Source: Desulfobacterales bacterium
Lineage (GTDB): Bacteria; Desulfobacterota; Desulfobacteria; Desulfobacterales; UBA2174
Assembly (NCBI GenBank): GCA_963668645.2
Contig: CAXXWC010000008.1
Span: 1-64,000, forward strand
DNA length: 64,000 nt
Direction: 5' to 3'
A program made the position numbers and the translations under genes. Below are positions 14,366-24,015 of this stretch, piece after piece (position 1 is the first letter of the stretch; every line of letters begins with the position of its first letter). Under the pieces are notes generated by a model that searched no databases, was not told where the DNA came from, and worked only from the letters and a program-made list of their open reading frames with translations.

Positions 14366-14510
14366 AGATTCCTCGTCGTGCCTCCTCGGAATGACGCGAG
14401 AGAGGGGTGGATTCCTCACTGACTTTCGGAATGGCAGTGGGCGGGAAGGGTACCGCGGGCCAGAATAGTAACGGCGGAAACGCAGCGAACCGTCTTTGTC
14501 ATCCCGAGCG
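14366..14510. repeat. Cluster of short GTCAT/ATGAC-ended REP-like palindromic elements
   Basis: AGATTCCTCGTCGTGCCTCCTCGGAATGAC (14366-14395), GGATTCCTCACTGACTTTCGGAATGGCAG (14409-14437) and TGTCATCCCGAGCG (14497-14510). Confidence 0.5.
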
Positions 14511-14550
14511 CCCCATGAACAAACATCGTTTCCGTCTTGTTTTTTAAGGT

Positions 14551-14566
14551 ATAGTGTATATACTAT
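14551..14566. promoter_or_regulatory. Probable VapBC autorepression operator
   Basis: Near-palindrome ATAGTGTATATACTAT about 30 bp upstream of vapB, resembling TATATA-centred vapBC operators. Confidence 0.55.
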
Positions 14567-14595
14567 TTATGGATATTTTTCAGAGAGGGGGGATA

Positions 14596-14826
14596 ATGGA
14601 CACCGCCAAGCTTTTTCGCACCGGAAGCTCCCAGGCTGTCAGGCTGCCCAAGGAATTCAGGATGCCTGGAGAGATGGTCAAAATTTACCGCCAGGGGAAT
14701 CGGGTCGTTCTTGAACCGATTGAACCGACATGGGATACGTTTTTCGCGGCCCTGGAAGATTTTCCTGAAGACTTCATGGTGGATGGCCGTCGTCAGCCCG
14801 ATGTGCAGCAGAGAGAGCCCTTTTGA
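14596..14826 (+). CDS. vapB: Antitoxin VapB (AbrB/MazE-type)
   Basis: MDTAKLFRTGSSQAVRLPKEFR motif; RBS GAGGGGG; overlaps the vapC start. Confidence 0.93.
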   Translation: MDTAKLFRTGSSQAVRLPKEFRMPGEMVKIYRQGNRVVLEPIEPTWDTFFAALEDFPEDFMVDGRRQPDVQQREPF

Positions 14827-15233
14827 TACGCTACTTGCTCGATACCGATATCTGCATTTATCTCATCAAGAACCGCCCCCCTGAGGTTCCTGCTCAATTC
14901 AAGCGGCATTCACCTGCCCAGGTGGCGATTTCCGCTATCACCGTTTTCGAGCTCGAATACGGTGCTGAAAAGAGCAAGCAGAGGCAAAAGGCTAAAAAGG
15001 CTTTGGCGCGATTTACGGCTCCATTGACCGTTCTCGATGTAGACCAGGCCGCAGCGTTGGAAGCGGCCAGCATCCGCGCCGGACTCGAACATGCGGGTAC
15101 TCCGATCGGACCGTATGACATTCTCATCGCTGGACTGGCAAAATCGCGTGACTTGACGCTGGTGACCAACAATCTTCGGGAGTTCTCAAGGGTTAGCGGT
15201 TTAGTCCTGGAAAATTGGACCATGAGCCTATAG
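14823..15233 (+). CDS. vapC: PIN-domain toxin VapC
   Basis: YLLDTDICIY, ELEYG, IGPYDILIAG and LVTNNLREFSRV motifs. Confidence 0.95.
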   Translation: MIRYLLDTDICIYLIKNRPPEVPAQFKRHSPAQVAISAITVFELEYGAEKSKQRQKAKKALARFTAPLTVLDVDQAAALEAASIRAGLEHAGTPIGPYDILIAGLAKSRDLTLVTNNLREFSRVSGLVLENWTMSL

Positions 15234-15307
15234 GGGTCTCCGGAATGGCAGGTGTGTCAAATTGTTTCACTTGATAGTGGCATTATGACACGTCATGATG
15301 CTCGATC

Positions 15308-15497
15308 ATGACAGTCTACCATCCACGCGATATCTCTCCAGCCATAATTGAAGCCCTGGAGAACATGCCGGTTGTCGGTGACAGGCATGCGCCAAACGGG
15401 CAAGACGACCCTGCTGCAATCTCAGACCGAACTGTGTGACCGTCTGTATGTGAGTTTTGATGATTTTGTTCAGCTCCAGGCGGCCAAGGCCGATCCA
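15308..15497 (+). pseudogene. Frameshifted N-terminal fragment of an AAA_14/DUF4143-type ATP-binding protein
   Basis: MTVYHPRDISPAIIEALENMPVV, then after a frame change VTGMRQTGKTTLL...YVSFDD...AAKADP (Walker A); similarity stops there. Confidence 0.75.
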
Positions 15498-15685
15498 GCC
15501 GCCCCGGGAAGCGACGGTACGTCGGTCGCCGAGGTACTGAACATTTCTTCGAAATTAGCACGGCTCACTGCACAACCAAGCAGGGGCCGTTTCCCTGCGG
15601 AAACAGCCCCTGGTCTGGCTTCGGTTCAGCGCCGTTTTACTATTCCCACCGCTGAATATCTATTTGTTATTTAATCTCGTTGCAG

Positions 15686-16870
15686 CTATTCGCACATCTC
15701 GAAGAGCGCCGCGGCGCCCATGCCGCCGCCGATGCACATCGATTCGACCCCGTACTTGACACCTCTTGCCTGCATGTTGGCCAGCAGGGTGGCGCACAGC
15801 TTGGCGCCGGTGCAGCCCAGGGGGTGGCCCAAGGCGATGGCTCCGCCGTGGATGTTGACCCGGTCCATGTACTTGTCGATGCCCAGCTCACGCATGCAGT
15901 ACAGGGCTTGTGACGCGAAGGCTTCGTTGATCTCCCAGAGTCCGATGTCCGCCACGCTCAGACCCGCCAGGTTGAGCAGCTTGGGAATGGCGTACTTGGG
16001 GCCGACGCCCATTTCGTCCGCCCGGCAGCCCACCGTGGTGTAGAGCTTGAGTTTGGCGATGGGCTTCAGGCCCAGTTTTTTGACCGCCGTTTCACTCATC
16101 AGGACCGAAGCGGCCGCCCCGTCGGTGGTCTGGGAGGAGTTGCCCGCCGTGACCGACCCGTTGAGGGCGAAGACCGGCCGCAGTTTGGCCAGGCCTTCTA
16201 CGGTAGTGGTTTCGCGGATGCCGTCGTCGAAATCCTGGATAAAGGTCTCTTTCTTGTACGTGCCGTCGGCCTGGAGTACGAAGCGCGTCGCCGGGGTGGG
16301 CACGATCTCGGTGTAAAGCTTTTCCGCTTTGGCCTTGGAAGCCTTCATATGGCTTTCGTAGGCGAATTGGTCCTGATCCTGGCGGCTGACCTTGTAGCGG
16401 TTGGCCACGTTTTCGGCCGTCATGCCCATGGAGATGTACAGGTCCGGATGCTCGCGGGTGTAGACCGGATGAGGGCGGGGCAGGTTGCCGCCCATGGGCA
16501 CGTAGGTCATCGACTCCAGTCCGCCGCCGATGGTGATTTCCGACCAGCCGCACATGATGCGCATGGCCGACTGGGCGATGGCTTCAAGTCCCGAGGAGCA
16601 GAAACGGTTGACCGTGGCCCCCGAGACATGGTCCGGGAAACCGGCGAGTTGAACCGCGATGCGGCCGATGTTGAGCCCCTGTTCGGCCTCGGGAAAAGAG
16701 CAGCCGATCATGGCGTCGTCCACCTCTCCCTTGTCCAGACCGGCGGTGCGCTGCACGGCGGCATCCAGGATAAAGGAGAGCAGGTCTTCGGGCCGTGTGT
16801 CTTTCAAGGCCCCTTTGCCGCGCCGGCAGCCGGGGGTTCTGACCGAAGTTACGATATAGGCGTCTCTCAT
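15686..16870 (-). CDS. fadA: Acetyl-CoA acyltransferase (thiolase, FadA-like)
   Basis: NRFCSSG, NEAFA, GHPLGCTG and CIGGGMG thiolase motifs. Confidence 0.93.
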   Translation of the reverse strand: MRDAYIVTSVRTPGCRRGKGALKDTRPEDLLSFILDAAVQRTAGLDKGEVDDAMIGCSFPEAEQGLNIGRIAVQLAGFPDHVSGATVNRFCSSGLEAIAQSAMRIMCGWSEITIGGGLESMTYVPMGGNLPRPHPVYTREHPDLYISMGMTAENVANRYKVSRQDQDQFAYESHMKASKAKAEKLYTEIVPTPATRFVLQADGTYKKETFIQDFDDGIRETTTVEGLAKLRPVFALNGSVTAGNSSQTTDGAAASVLMSETAVKKLGLKPIAKLKLYTTVGCRADEMGVGPKYAIPKLLNLAGLSVADIGLWEINEAFASQALYCMRELGIDKYMDRVNIHGGAIALGHPLGCTGAKLCATLLANMQARGVKYGVESMCIGGGMGAAALFEMCE

Positions 16871-16914
16871 GGTACGATCCTCCTAGTTGAACGCTGTAGA
16901 AGCGGTCCGGGCGA

Positions 16915-19323
16915 TTAGTTGCGCAGCGGTTTGCCGGTGGTGAGCATCTGCTGCACGCGGGCCTGGGTTTTTTCCTGGCGCCAGAAATCGCAAAACGCCT
17001 GGCGTTCCAGATTCAAGATGGTCTGCTCGTCGATCATCGTGTTGGTACGCGCATCGCCGCCGCAAACCACGTAGGCGATACGCTTGGCCAGAAACACGTC
17101 ATACTCGCTCACGTATCCAGCACCCTGCATGTTGAACAGTTCGGCCTGGATCATTCCCTGGGCCGCCTCGCCGAAAACCCGGATCGGCTGGTAGGCCGGC
17201 GGTGCGTATCCATCCTGGACCATCTTGAGCACTTCAAGTTTGGCCTCGCCGATCAACAGATCGCGGTTGAAGACGATCCGGTCGTTGGGGCCCAGGTACC
17301 CGTTGGCCCGGGCTTCGGCGGCCGACATGCTCACCTTGGCCATGGCGATGTTCATGAAACACGGTACGAAGAACTTGGCCAGATCCACATCAGTGACATT
17401 TTCGGGAATCCCGGCGGTCATCTTTTTCCACAGATTCAGACACCCGCCGCCGCCGGGCAGCAATCCGACCCCGATTTCCACCAATCCCATGTAAAGTTCT
17501 GCATGGGCCACGATGCGATCGGCCGCTCCAATGCAGACTTCACAGCCGCCGCCCAGGGTCAGCCCGTAAGGCGCCGCCACCACGGGGAAGCTGGCGTAGC
17601 GGATTTTCTGCATCCCGTCCTGGGCCTTTTTCAGAAAGGCGTCGATTTCGTCGAACTTGCCCGCCTGGGCCAGGCCGGCCATGAAGGCCAGGTCGCCGCC
17701 GGCGGAGAAAGCACCGGGCATCCCGCCGGCCTGGTTGCCGATCACCAGTCCGGCCGCGTTGGCGTCGATATAATCCACCACTTCGCCCATGAAATCGACG
17801 ATCTCGCCGTTGATGGCGTTCATCTTGGTATGAAATTCGAGGCACAGCACGTCGTCGCCGATGTCGATGAGGCTGGCGGACTTGCAGGCCTTGACGATTT
17901 TGCCCGCTCCCTTGAGGGCCGGCAGATCGACCTGGGTGGCGCTGACCGGCACCGGTTTGTAAGACGTGGAAGCGAAATCGAAGAAGTAACGGACACCGTC
18001 TTCGGTCTTGTAAAAGGTCTTGTGCCCAGCGGCCAGCATGGCTTCGACCTTGGCTGGCACGGCCATCCCGTCGGCCTTCATCTTGGCCACCGATTTTTCA
18101 ATCCCGATGGCATCCCAGGTTTCAAAGGGGCCCATTTCGAAATTGTAGCCCCACTTCATCGCGTTATCGATTTCCACGATGGTGTCGGAAATTTCCGGAA
18201 TGCGGTTGGCCGAATAGATCAGTTGGCTGGCGGTGGCCTTCCAGGCGAAGCGGGCGCCCTTGTCATCGCCGTAGACCACTGCCTGCATCTTTTCCGGCAG
18301 GCTCTTGGCTGCCTTGGCGGCCGCCAGGCAGGCGAATTCCGCCTTGCCGTATTCGGCATACTCCAGGCTGGCCGGGTCGATGACCTTGCGCACCTTTTTC
18401 CATTCGGGGGTCAGGTCGGTCTTATAGAAGCCGGATTTGCTCTTTTTGCCGAGAATCTTCTTTTCGATCATCCGGTCGACGAATTCGGGCACCACGAAAC
18501 TTTCGCGCTGCTCGTCGTCCGTGACCAGTTCGTAGGTGTTTCTGGCGACATGGCCCAAGGTGTCGAGGCCGACCAGGTCGGCGGTCTTGAACATGGCGGT
18601 CTTGGGCCGGCCCATGACCGGACCGAAGAGGGCGTCGGCTTCGGGGATGGTGAGCCCGTCTTCGACCATGAGCTGCATCGCCTTGACCATCCCCTGAACC
18701 CCGATGCGGTTGCCCACGAAGTTGGGGGTGTCCTTGGCCCAGACGATCCCCTTGCCCAGACGCTTTTCACCGAAGGACGCCATGAATTGCAGCACTTCGG
18801 CCAGGGTGTCGGGTCCGGGAATGATCTCCAGCAGATGCATGTAGCGCACCGGGTTGAAGAAATGGGTGCCGAGAAAATGCTTGCGAAAATCCTCACTCAG
18901 CCCCTCGCTCATGGCCTTGAGCGGGATGCCGGAGGTGTTTGAGGAAACGATAGTACCCGGCCGGCGAGCCTTGTCGATACGTGCAAAAACATCCCGCTTG
19001 ATCTTGAGGTTCTCCACCACCACCTCGACGATCCAGTCGACCTCACCGAGCTTTTCGAAATCATCCTCGAAATTGCCTATGCGGATCAGGCCGGCGTCCT
19101 TGCCTTGCATCAGCAAAGCGGGGCGGGACTTGACCACCGTATCAAAACCGGCCTGGACAATGCGATTGCGGGCCTTGGGATCTTTTTTCTGGTCCTCGTC
19201 CAGATCGAAGGGGACGATGTCGAGCAACAAGGTCTTGACGCCGGCGCTGGCCAGGATTGCGGCGATTCCGCCTCCCATGACGCCGGACCCCAGCACTGCG
19301 GCCGTTCTGATTTTTCTGTACAT
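16915..19323 (-). CDS. fadN: 3-hydroxyacyl-CoA dehydrogenase/enoyl-CoA hydratase (FadN-like)
   Basis: GSGVMGGGIA Rossmann motif, SNTSG, HFFNP and a C-terminal crotonase domain (LGGGCE, GLVEIGVGL); RBS AGGAGG before the ATG at 19323. Confidence 0.9.
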   Translation of the reverse strand: MYRKIRTAAVLGSGVMGGGIAAILASAGVKTLLLDIVPFDLDEDQKKDPKARNRIVQAGFDTVVKSRPALLMQGKDAGLIRIGNFEDDFEKLGEVDWIVEVVVENLKIKRDVFARIDKARRPGTIVSSNTSGIPLKAMSEGLSEDFRKHFLGTHFFNPVRYMHLLEIIPGPDTLAEVLQFMASFGEKRLGKGIVWAKDTPNFVGNRIGVQGMVKAMQLMVEDGLTIPEADALFGPVMGRPKTAMFKTADLVGLDTLGHVARNTYELVTDDEQRESFVVPEFVDRMIEKKILGKKSKSGFYKTDLTPEWKKVRKVIDPASLEYAEYGKAEFACLAAAKAAKSLPEKMQAVVYGDDKGARFAWKATASQLIYSANRIPEISDTIVEIDNAMKWGYNFEMGPFETWDAIGIEKSVAKMKADGMAVPAKVEAMLAAGHKTFYKTEDGVRYFFDFASTSYKPVPVSATQVDLPALKGAGKIVKACKSASLIDIGDDVLCLEFHTKMNAINGEIVDFMGEVVDYIDANAAGLVIGNQAGGMPGAFSAGGDLAFMAGLAQAGKFDEIDAFLKKAQDGMQKIRYASFPVVAAPYGLTLGGGCEVCIGAADRIVAHAELYMGLVEIGVGLLPGGGGCLNLWKKMTAGIPENVTDVDLAKFFVPCFMNIAMAKVSMSAAEARANGYLGPNDRIVFNRDLLIGEAKLEVLKMVQDGYAPPAYQPIRVFGEAAQGMIQAELFNMQGAGYVSEYDVFLAKRIAYVVCGGDARTNTMIDEQTILNLERQAFCDFWRQEKTQARVQQMLTTGKPLRN

Positions 19324-19362
19324 GGTATCCTCCTGAAGCGGTGTGTGGGAAAAGCCTGGATC

Positions 19363-19392
19363 GATAGATGAATGAATGCTCATTCATCTATC
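19363..19392. promoter_or_regulatory. TetR-family FadR-type operator upstream of fadN
   Basis: Perfect inverted repeat GATAGATGAATGA-ATGC-TCATTCATCTATC; TTGACA on the - strand at 19414-19409. Confidence 0.75.
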
Positions 19393-19698
19393 AAAGCCTT
19401 GCCCTGCCTGTCAAGTAAAATTCGGTTTTTCTTTAAAGGCTCTATGTTGGAGCTAATACAAGCTATATTAGCGTGTTAGTTAATTTTGAAGAGGCTCTGG
19501 ATTTGGCTTGGACAACGAAGATATCCCAGGCAAGATCTTGGTTCTAAGGATGAGCAGTAATTCATTCATGGTCGATCTTTACAGGCATGCCCCGCTGTGC
19601 CATAGGATGGCCTGCGGCAATTGGTTGTGAGCCTGAAAAAGCCCATTACTTTGTTTGCCCACCAAATTTCGATGACAATGCAAGGAGCCCGAACGCTT

Positions 19699-20025
19699 AT
19701 GACCGCCGAAAACGATATCGTGCTGATCCATTTTGAGGACAAACCGGTGGGATTCGGTCGCATCGAATCTATTCTGCCCGACCATAAGCCTGGCTGGTAC
19801 CATGTACGTATCTTGCTGCTGCAGGTGCCGTTGCAGGTGGTTACCTGGATCCTGCGCGACGTCTATATCGACGGCGAACCGTTTACCATGAACGGTAAAC
19901 GGATGCAGCTGGAGCGGATCGTCGCTCCGCCGGTCGAATCCGAAGACCCTCCGCCTGCCGAAGCACCGATTACACGCTCTTCCGAGGCCAAGGTAATCAG
20001 TCTGGCCGACCTCAAGAAGAAATGA
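19699..20025 (+). CDS. Hypothetical protein
   Basis: ORF with RBS AAGGAG; its stop overlaps the next start (ATGA). Confidence 0.75.
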   Translation: MTAENDIVLIHFEDKPVGFGRIESILPDHKPGWYHVRILLLQVPLQVVTWILRDVYIDGEPFTMNGKRMQLERIVAPPVESEDPPPAEAPITRSSEAKVISLADLKKK

Positions 20026-20885
20026 CCGACTCCGAGCGGATCGTTCTTTCCGCCTCCCGGCGCACTGACATCCCCGCTTTTTATCTTGACTGGTTTTTCG
20101 ATGGAATCCGGCGGGGTCACTTTGACGTCATTCAGCCGTACAACCGCCGCCGCTATCAGGTCCCGGCGACCGCAGACCGGGTGCACACCATCGTATTCTG
20201 GTCCAAAGATTTCGGCCCTTTTTTGCTCCGGAAGATCGGCGAGGACCTGGAGCGGTTAGGCTTTCATCTTTTTTTCAACTTCACTGTCAACTCCTGCGAC
20301 CGACTTTTGGAGCCGCGCGTGCCCGCACTGGAAGCCCGCCTGGCGCAGATGGCTGAATTGGCGCATCGCTTTGGACCTGCCGCGATTCATTGGCGTTTCG
20401 ATCCGCTCTGCCAATACCGCGGGGCCGAGGGCCACCGTCGCCATAACCGGGGTGATTTCCAACGTATCGCGGAGGCGGCCGCCCGGGCCGGAATCCGCCG
20501 CTGCATTACCAGTTTCGTCGATCTTTACCCCAAAGTGCGTCGGCGTGCCGAGCGGTGCGGGGTGACGTTTGAGGATCCGACCCAGGAGGAAAAAACCGCC
20601 ATTCTCGAAACCATGGCGGCCCGTTTGGCGCCGCTGGGGATCGCCCTGGAAACCTGCTGCGAGGCCCGGGTGTTGGCCTCTTTGCCTCCGGACAATACTA
20701 CCGTTCACCCCGCCGCCTGCATCCCCTCAAACCGGATCATGGCGCTTTACGGCGGGCGACTGAGCCTTCGTCATGACCCCGGTCAGCGGCGCCAGGCCGG
20801 TTGTCGATGCCGCATATCGAGTGACATCGGCTCCTACGCGCTGCATCCCTGCCATCACGGATGCCTGTTTTGCTACGCCGGATAG
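20022..20885 (+). CDS. DUF1848 family protein (radical-SAM-like)
   Basis: SASRRTDIPAFY, IVFWSK, WRFDP and a C-terminal CxC...DIG...CHHGCLFCYA motif. Confidence 0.85.
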   Translation: MTDSERIVLSASRRTDIPAFYLDWFFDGIRRGHFDVIQPYNRRRYQVPATADRVHTIVFWSKDFGPFLLRKIGEDLERLGFHLFFNFTVNSCDRLLEPRVPALEARLAQMAELAHRFGPAAIHWRFDPLCQYRGAEGHRRHNRGDFQRIAEAAARAGIRRCITSFVDLYPKVRRRAERCGVTFEDPTQEEKTAILETMAARLAPLGIALETCCEARVLASLPPDNTTVHPAACIPSNRIMALYGGRLSLRHDPGQRRQAGCRCRISSDIGSYALHPCHHGCLFCYAG

Positions 20886-20991
20886 GCTGAGGCCCGATAC
20901 GCTGCCAGGGTGCCGGGTTCGGTGGAGGGCCGAATAGCAGCAGCGTGCTGGTCGTGTTGGGGATGGAGGCTCCGGCAAGAGCCTTTTCGAA

Positions 20992-22194
20992 TCACTTCTC
21001 GTCGTCGCCGTCCGGCGCCAGAGCCTCCCTGGGCGGCTGTACCACGATCCTGTCGCCGGGATGGATCGGTTTGCGCAGGTCCAGCCGGTTCCAGATCAAA
21101 ATCGCCTGGAGCGGAACGCCGAAGTGCTCGGCGATGGCTGTGAGATTGTCACCGGGACGCACGATATAGATGCGATGCGTCTCTTGCATGCGGTGTTTTT
21201 CAAGGGCGAGACTCAGGCGCTCGTTGAAGCCCCCGGACTGGCCGGCCGGAATACGCAGTACATGCGAGCCGGGGCCCAAGTAGTGGCCGCGAAGCTCGGG
21301 ATTCAGTTCCTTGATGGTTTTAAAATCACTGCCGGTCGCCTGGGCCACAAGCTGAATCGGAATTTCGGCGTTCAAGTCCAGGGTGAGCTCGTCGGCGTCT
21401 TGGGGCGGGTAAAGATCCTCTGCTTCCAAATGGTAGCCGAAACGTCCGGGGTCCTCGAAAATCAGTTTGACCGCCACGGCCCTGACGACGTAACGCTGGG
21501 TTTCCAGGGGCAGGTAGAGCCGGTAGTAGTCTCGGGTTTCCTGGGCCAGCATTTCGGCGGCAAGGCCGTTTTCGCCCATGTTGTAAGCGGCTGCGGCCAG
21601 ATGCCAGGAGCCGAACTGGGCGTAAAGATCCTTGAGGTAGCACACTGCGGCGCGGGTCGAGGCGGACAGGCTGCGCCGCTGGTCCTTGCGGTTGTCCACG
21701 GTCAGGTCGTAGCGCCTGGCGGTGGAGCGGACAAATTGCCAGAAGCCGATCGCACCGGCCGAAGAGCCGGCATGGGGCCGCAGCGCACTTTCGATGACTG
21801 GCAGGTATTTGAGGTCTTGGGGAAGCCCTTCGCTGCGCAGCACGGCTTCTATCTCGGGCATGTAACGACCGGCCCGCTTGAGCCACAGGAGGGTCTGGGG
21901 CCGATTCCAGACCATCAAGAGCATTTCGAGCTCCAGGCGCTCGACCACATCGCGATGATCGAGGGGGACCGGCTCCCCGCAAAAATTGACGGGCGGCTGG
22001 ATGTCAATCGCATCCAGCAGGTTCCGGGTCGCCTCACCGATCTCCGGCGGCAGGGGGAATTCTGAAGGCTGGACTGCGGCGGGTTTGAGGGTGCTCAGGA
22101 CGGCCGCAATACCGACCAAAACCGCGAGACAAGCTCGCCTGCGGCGGCCGGTCCAACGCATAGAGTCGTAAATCAATGTCGAGGCTTTCTGCAA
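20992..22194 (-). CDS. Lytic murein transglycosylase with LysM domain (MltD-like)
   Basis: IESAL, AIGFWQF, AAYNMG, ETQRYV and a C-terminal LysM (YIVRPGDNLTAIA); start codon uncertain. Confidence 0.88.
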   Translation of the reverse strand: MQKASTLIYDSMRWTGRRRRACLAVLVGIAAVLSTLKPAAVQPSEFPLPPEIGEATRNLLDAIDIQPPVNFCGEPVPLDHRDVVERLELEMLLMVWNRPQTLLWLKRAGRYMPEIEAVLRSEGLPQDLKYLPVIESALRPHAGSSAGAIGFWQFVRSTARRYDLTVDNRKDQRRSLSASTRAAVCYLKDLYAQFGSWHLAAAAYNMGENGLAAEMLAQETRDYYRLYLPLETQRYVVRAVAVKLIFEDPGRFGYHLEAEDLYPPQDADELTLDLNAEIPIQLVAQATGSDFKTIKELNPELRGHYLGPGSHVLRIPAGQSGGFNERLSLALEKHRMQETHRIYIVRPGDNLTAIAEHFGVPLQAILIWNRLDLRKPIHPGDRIVVQPPREALAPDGDDEK

Positions 22195-22229
22195 GGCCGA
22201 TGGTGATCCGCCGTAGCGGTGAAAAGCGT

Positions 22230-22640
22230 TCAGGGCCGTTTGATCCAGGTGGCGATCAGCGTGTCGCGAAAGCGCGGATATTCCCCGTTGCGGTTGTCAT
22301 CCCGATAGGGGCGGATCTGTGCTATACCCCTGGCCCGGTCGCGCAGCGCTGATCTCAGGCTGCGAAGACCGCCATCGGCCGCCGCTTTCGGTGCCGTTGC
22401 CTCCGGGGTTCGGATAACTTCGGCTTCCAGGATTTCAACCTTGGCGTCCGGTTTGACTTTGGCACGCACGTGGACCCGGCCGTCACGGAGAAGATCGGGC
22501 ACCTGCTGGACCACCTGGCGGTTGATCTGATCCAGTTGCTCAACCCGCTTTTCGATTATTTTTCGGTTGCCGCCCCAGGCTGTTCCTGCCAAAAGCAGGG
22601 CGGCGGCGATTGAAAGGAAAAAAAGAGGCCACCTTTTCAT
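22230..22640 (-). CDS. Hypothetical exported protein
   Basis: RBS AAGGAGG; signal peptide MKRWPLFFLSIAAALLLAGTAWG. Confidence 0.7.
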   Translation of the reverse strand: MKRWPLFFLSIAAALLLAGTAWGGNRKIIEKRVEQLDQINRQVVQQVPDLLRDGRVHVRAKVKPDAKVEILEAEVIRTPEATAPKAAADGGLRSLRSALRDRARGIAQIRPYRDDNRNGEYPRFRDTLIATWIKRP

Positions 22641-22818
22641 TTGCGAGCCCTCCTTTCCGATCCGGTCGCACCGGATGCCGGATCGTGATTGGCTTAATGT
22701 TAATGCGTGGTACCATCTTTCGGCAAGGGCTTTTTTATGGCAATTTGTCACACTTATGGTGCCTTCAAGACGGATCGTAAGTGACCGAGGGCGCGGGCGA
22801 CTGACGCGGAATAGCGGA

Positions 22819-24015
22819 ATGAAACAGATCGATTCGGCAGACATCGTCACTGGAAGGGATTTGGGCTGGCAGATCGCCGGCGCCATGTTCAGCCGGCTGG
22901 CGCTCAACACGGCCCGGCGTTTTGTTTATCCATTTGCGCCGGTTCTGAGCCGGGGGCTGGACGTCCCGCTGGCGGCGATCACAACCGTCGTGGCCGCTTG
23001 CCAGGCCGCTCCCCTGGTGGGGCTGGTATCCGGTCCGCTTGCCGACCGATGGGGCTACCGGCGTATGATGGTCGGCGGGATGGCGATGCTGGCCGTGGGG
23101 ATGCTGGCCGTGCACGTCTGGCCGACCTTCAGCGTGCTGGTTGTCGGGTTGTTGCTCGCCAGTTTGGGCAAGACGGTCTTCGATCCGGCGGTCCAGGCTT
23201 ACGCGGGCCAGCGCGTGGTTTACCACCGGCGGGCCCAGGTGATCGGTTTGATGGAATTTTCCTGGGCGGGCAGTACGTTGTTGACGATTCCCCTTATGGG
23301 GCTGCTCATCGAGGCCTACGGATGGCAGACGGCCCCGGTGTGCCTGGGTGGGGTCGCTCTGGGTTGTCTTTGGATGGTCCGGCGCTTTTTCCCGCCGGAC
23401 CATCCCGGGGTGGACAAGCTGCCGCGTCGATCCAGGGGGTCGGCCTGGGCAAAACTTTTCGGCCAGCGTCAGGCGGTGGGGATGATGGGTTTTGCTTTTT
23501 GCGTCAGTGCGGCCAACGATGCGCTCTTTATCGTTTACGGAACATGGTTCGAGACCGCCTTCGGGTTGAGGGTCGCTGCCTTGGGCGCCACCGCGATGGT
23601 TATTGGAGCGGCCGAACTGCTCGGAGAGATTCTTACAGCGGCGGCTGCGGATCGGGTCGGACTCAAGCGCAGCGCCGGCATCGGCCTGGCCGGCCTGACA
23701 GCCGCGTTTGCCCTGCTTCCATTGTGGGGGACAAGCCTGACCGGCGCCCTGGTCGGTCTCTTCGGGATTTTTACGGCCTTCGAATTTTCCGTGGTCGTCT
23801 GTTTGAGCCTGTCCACGGAGTTGGTTTCCGGCCAGCGGGCCACCATGATGGCGGGTTTTTCCGCCGCCGCCGGTATGGGAAGGGTTTGCGGGGCCATGGT
23901 GGGCGTGCCGTTGTGGCAATCCGGCAGTATTGCCGGTGTCAGCCATGCCGCGACGGTTCTGACGCTGCTCGGCTGGGCAAGCCTATACTGGGGACTGGCA
24001 AAATGGCACAGGTAA
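22819..24015 (+). CDS. MFS transporter
   Basis: About 12 hydrophobic segments; motif A GPLADRWGYRR and ADRVGLKR. Confidence 0.88.
   Translation: MKQIDSADIVTGRDLGWQIAGAMFSRLALNTARRFVYPFAPVLSRGLDVPLAAITTVVAACQAAPLVGLVSGPLADRWGYRRMMVGGMAMLAVGMLAVHVWPTFSVLVVGLLLASLGKTVFDPAVQAYAGQRVVYHRRAQVIGLMEFSWAGSTLLTIPLMGLLIEAYGWQTAPVCLGGVALGCLWMVRRFFPPDHPGVDKLPRRSRGSAWAKLFGQRQAVGMMGFAFCVSAANDALFIVYGTWFETAFGLRVAALGATAMVIGAAELLGEILTAAAADRVGLKRSAGIGLAGLTAAFALLPLWGTSLTGALVGLFGIFTAFEFSVVVCLSLSTELVSGQRATMMAGFSAAAGMGRVCGAMVGVPLWQSGSIAGVSHAATVLTLLGWASLYWGLAKWHR

Noticed and set aside
22998..24002. Apparent 653-aa N-terminally extended Dus protein
   Set aside because: The extension is an alternate frame of the MFS gene; Dus homology starts at the ATG at 24003.
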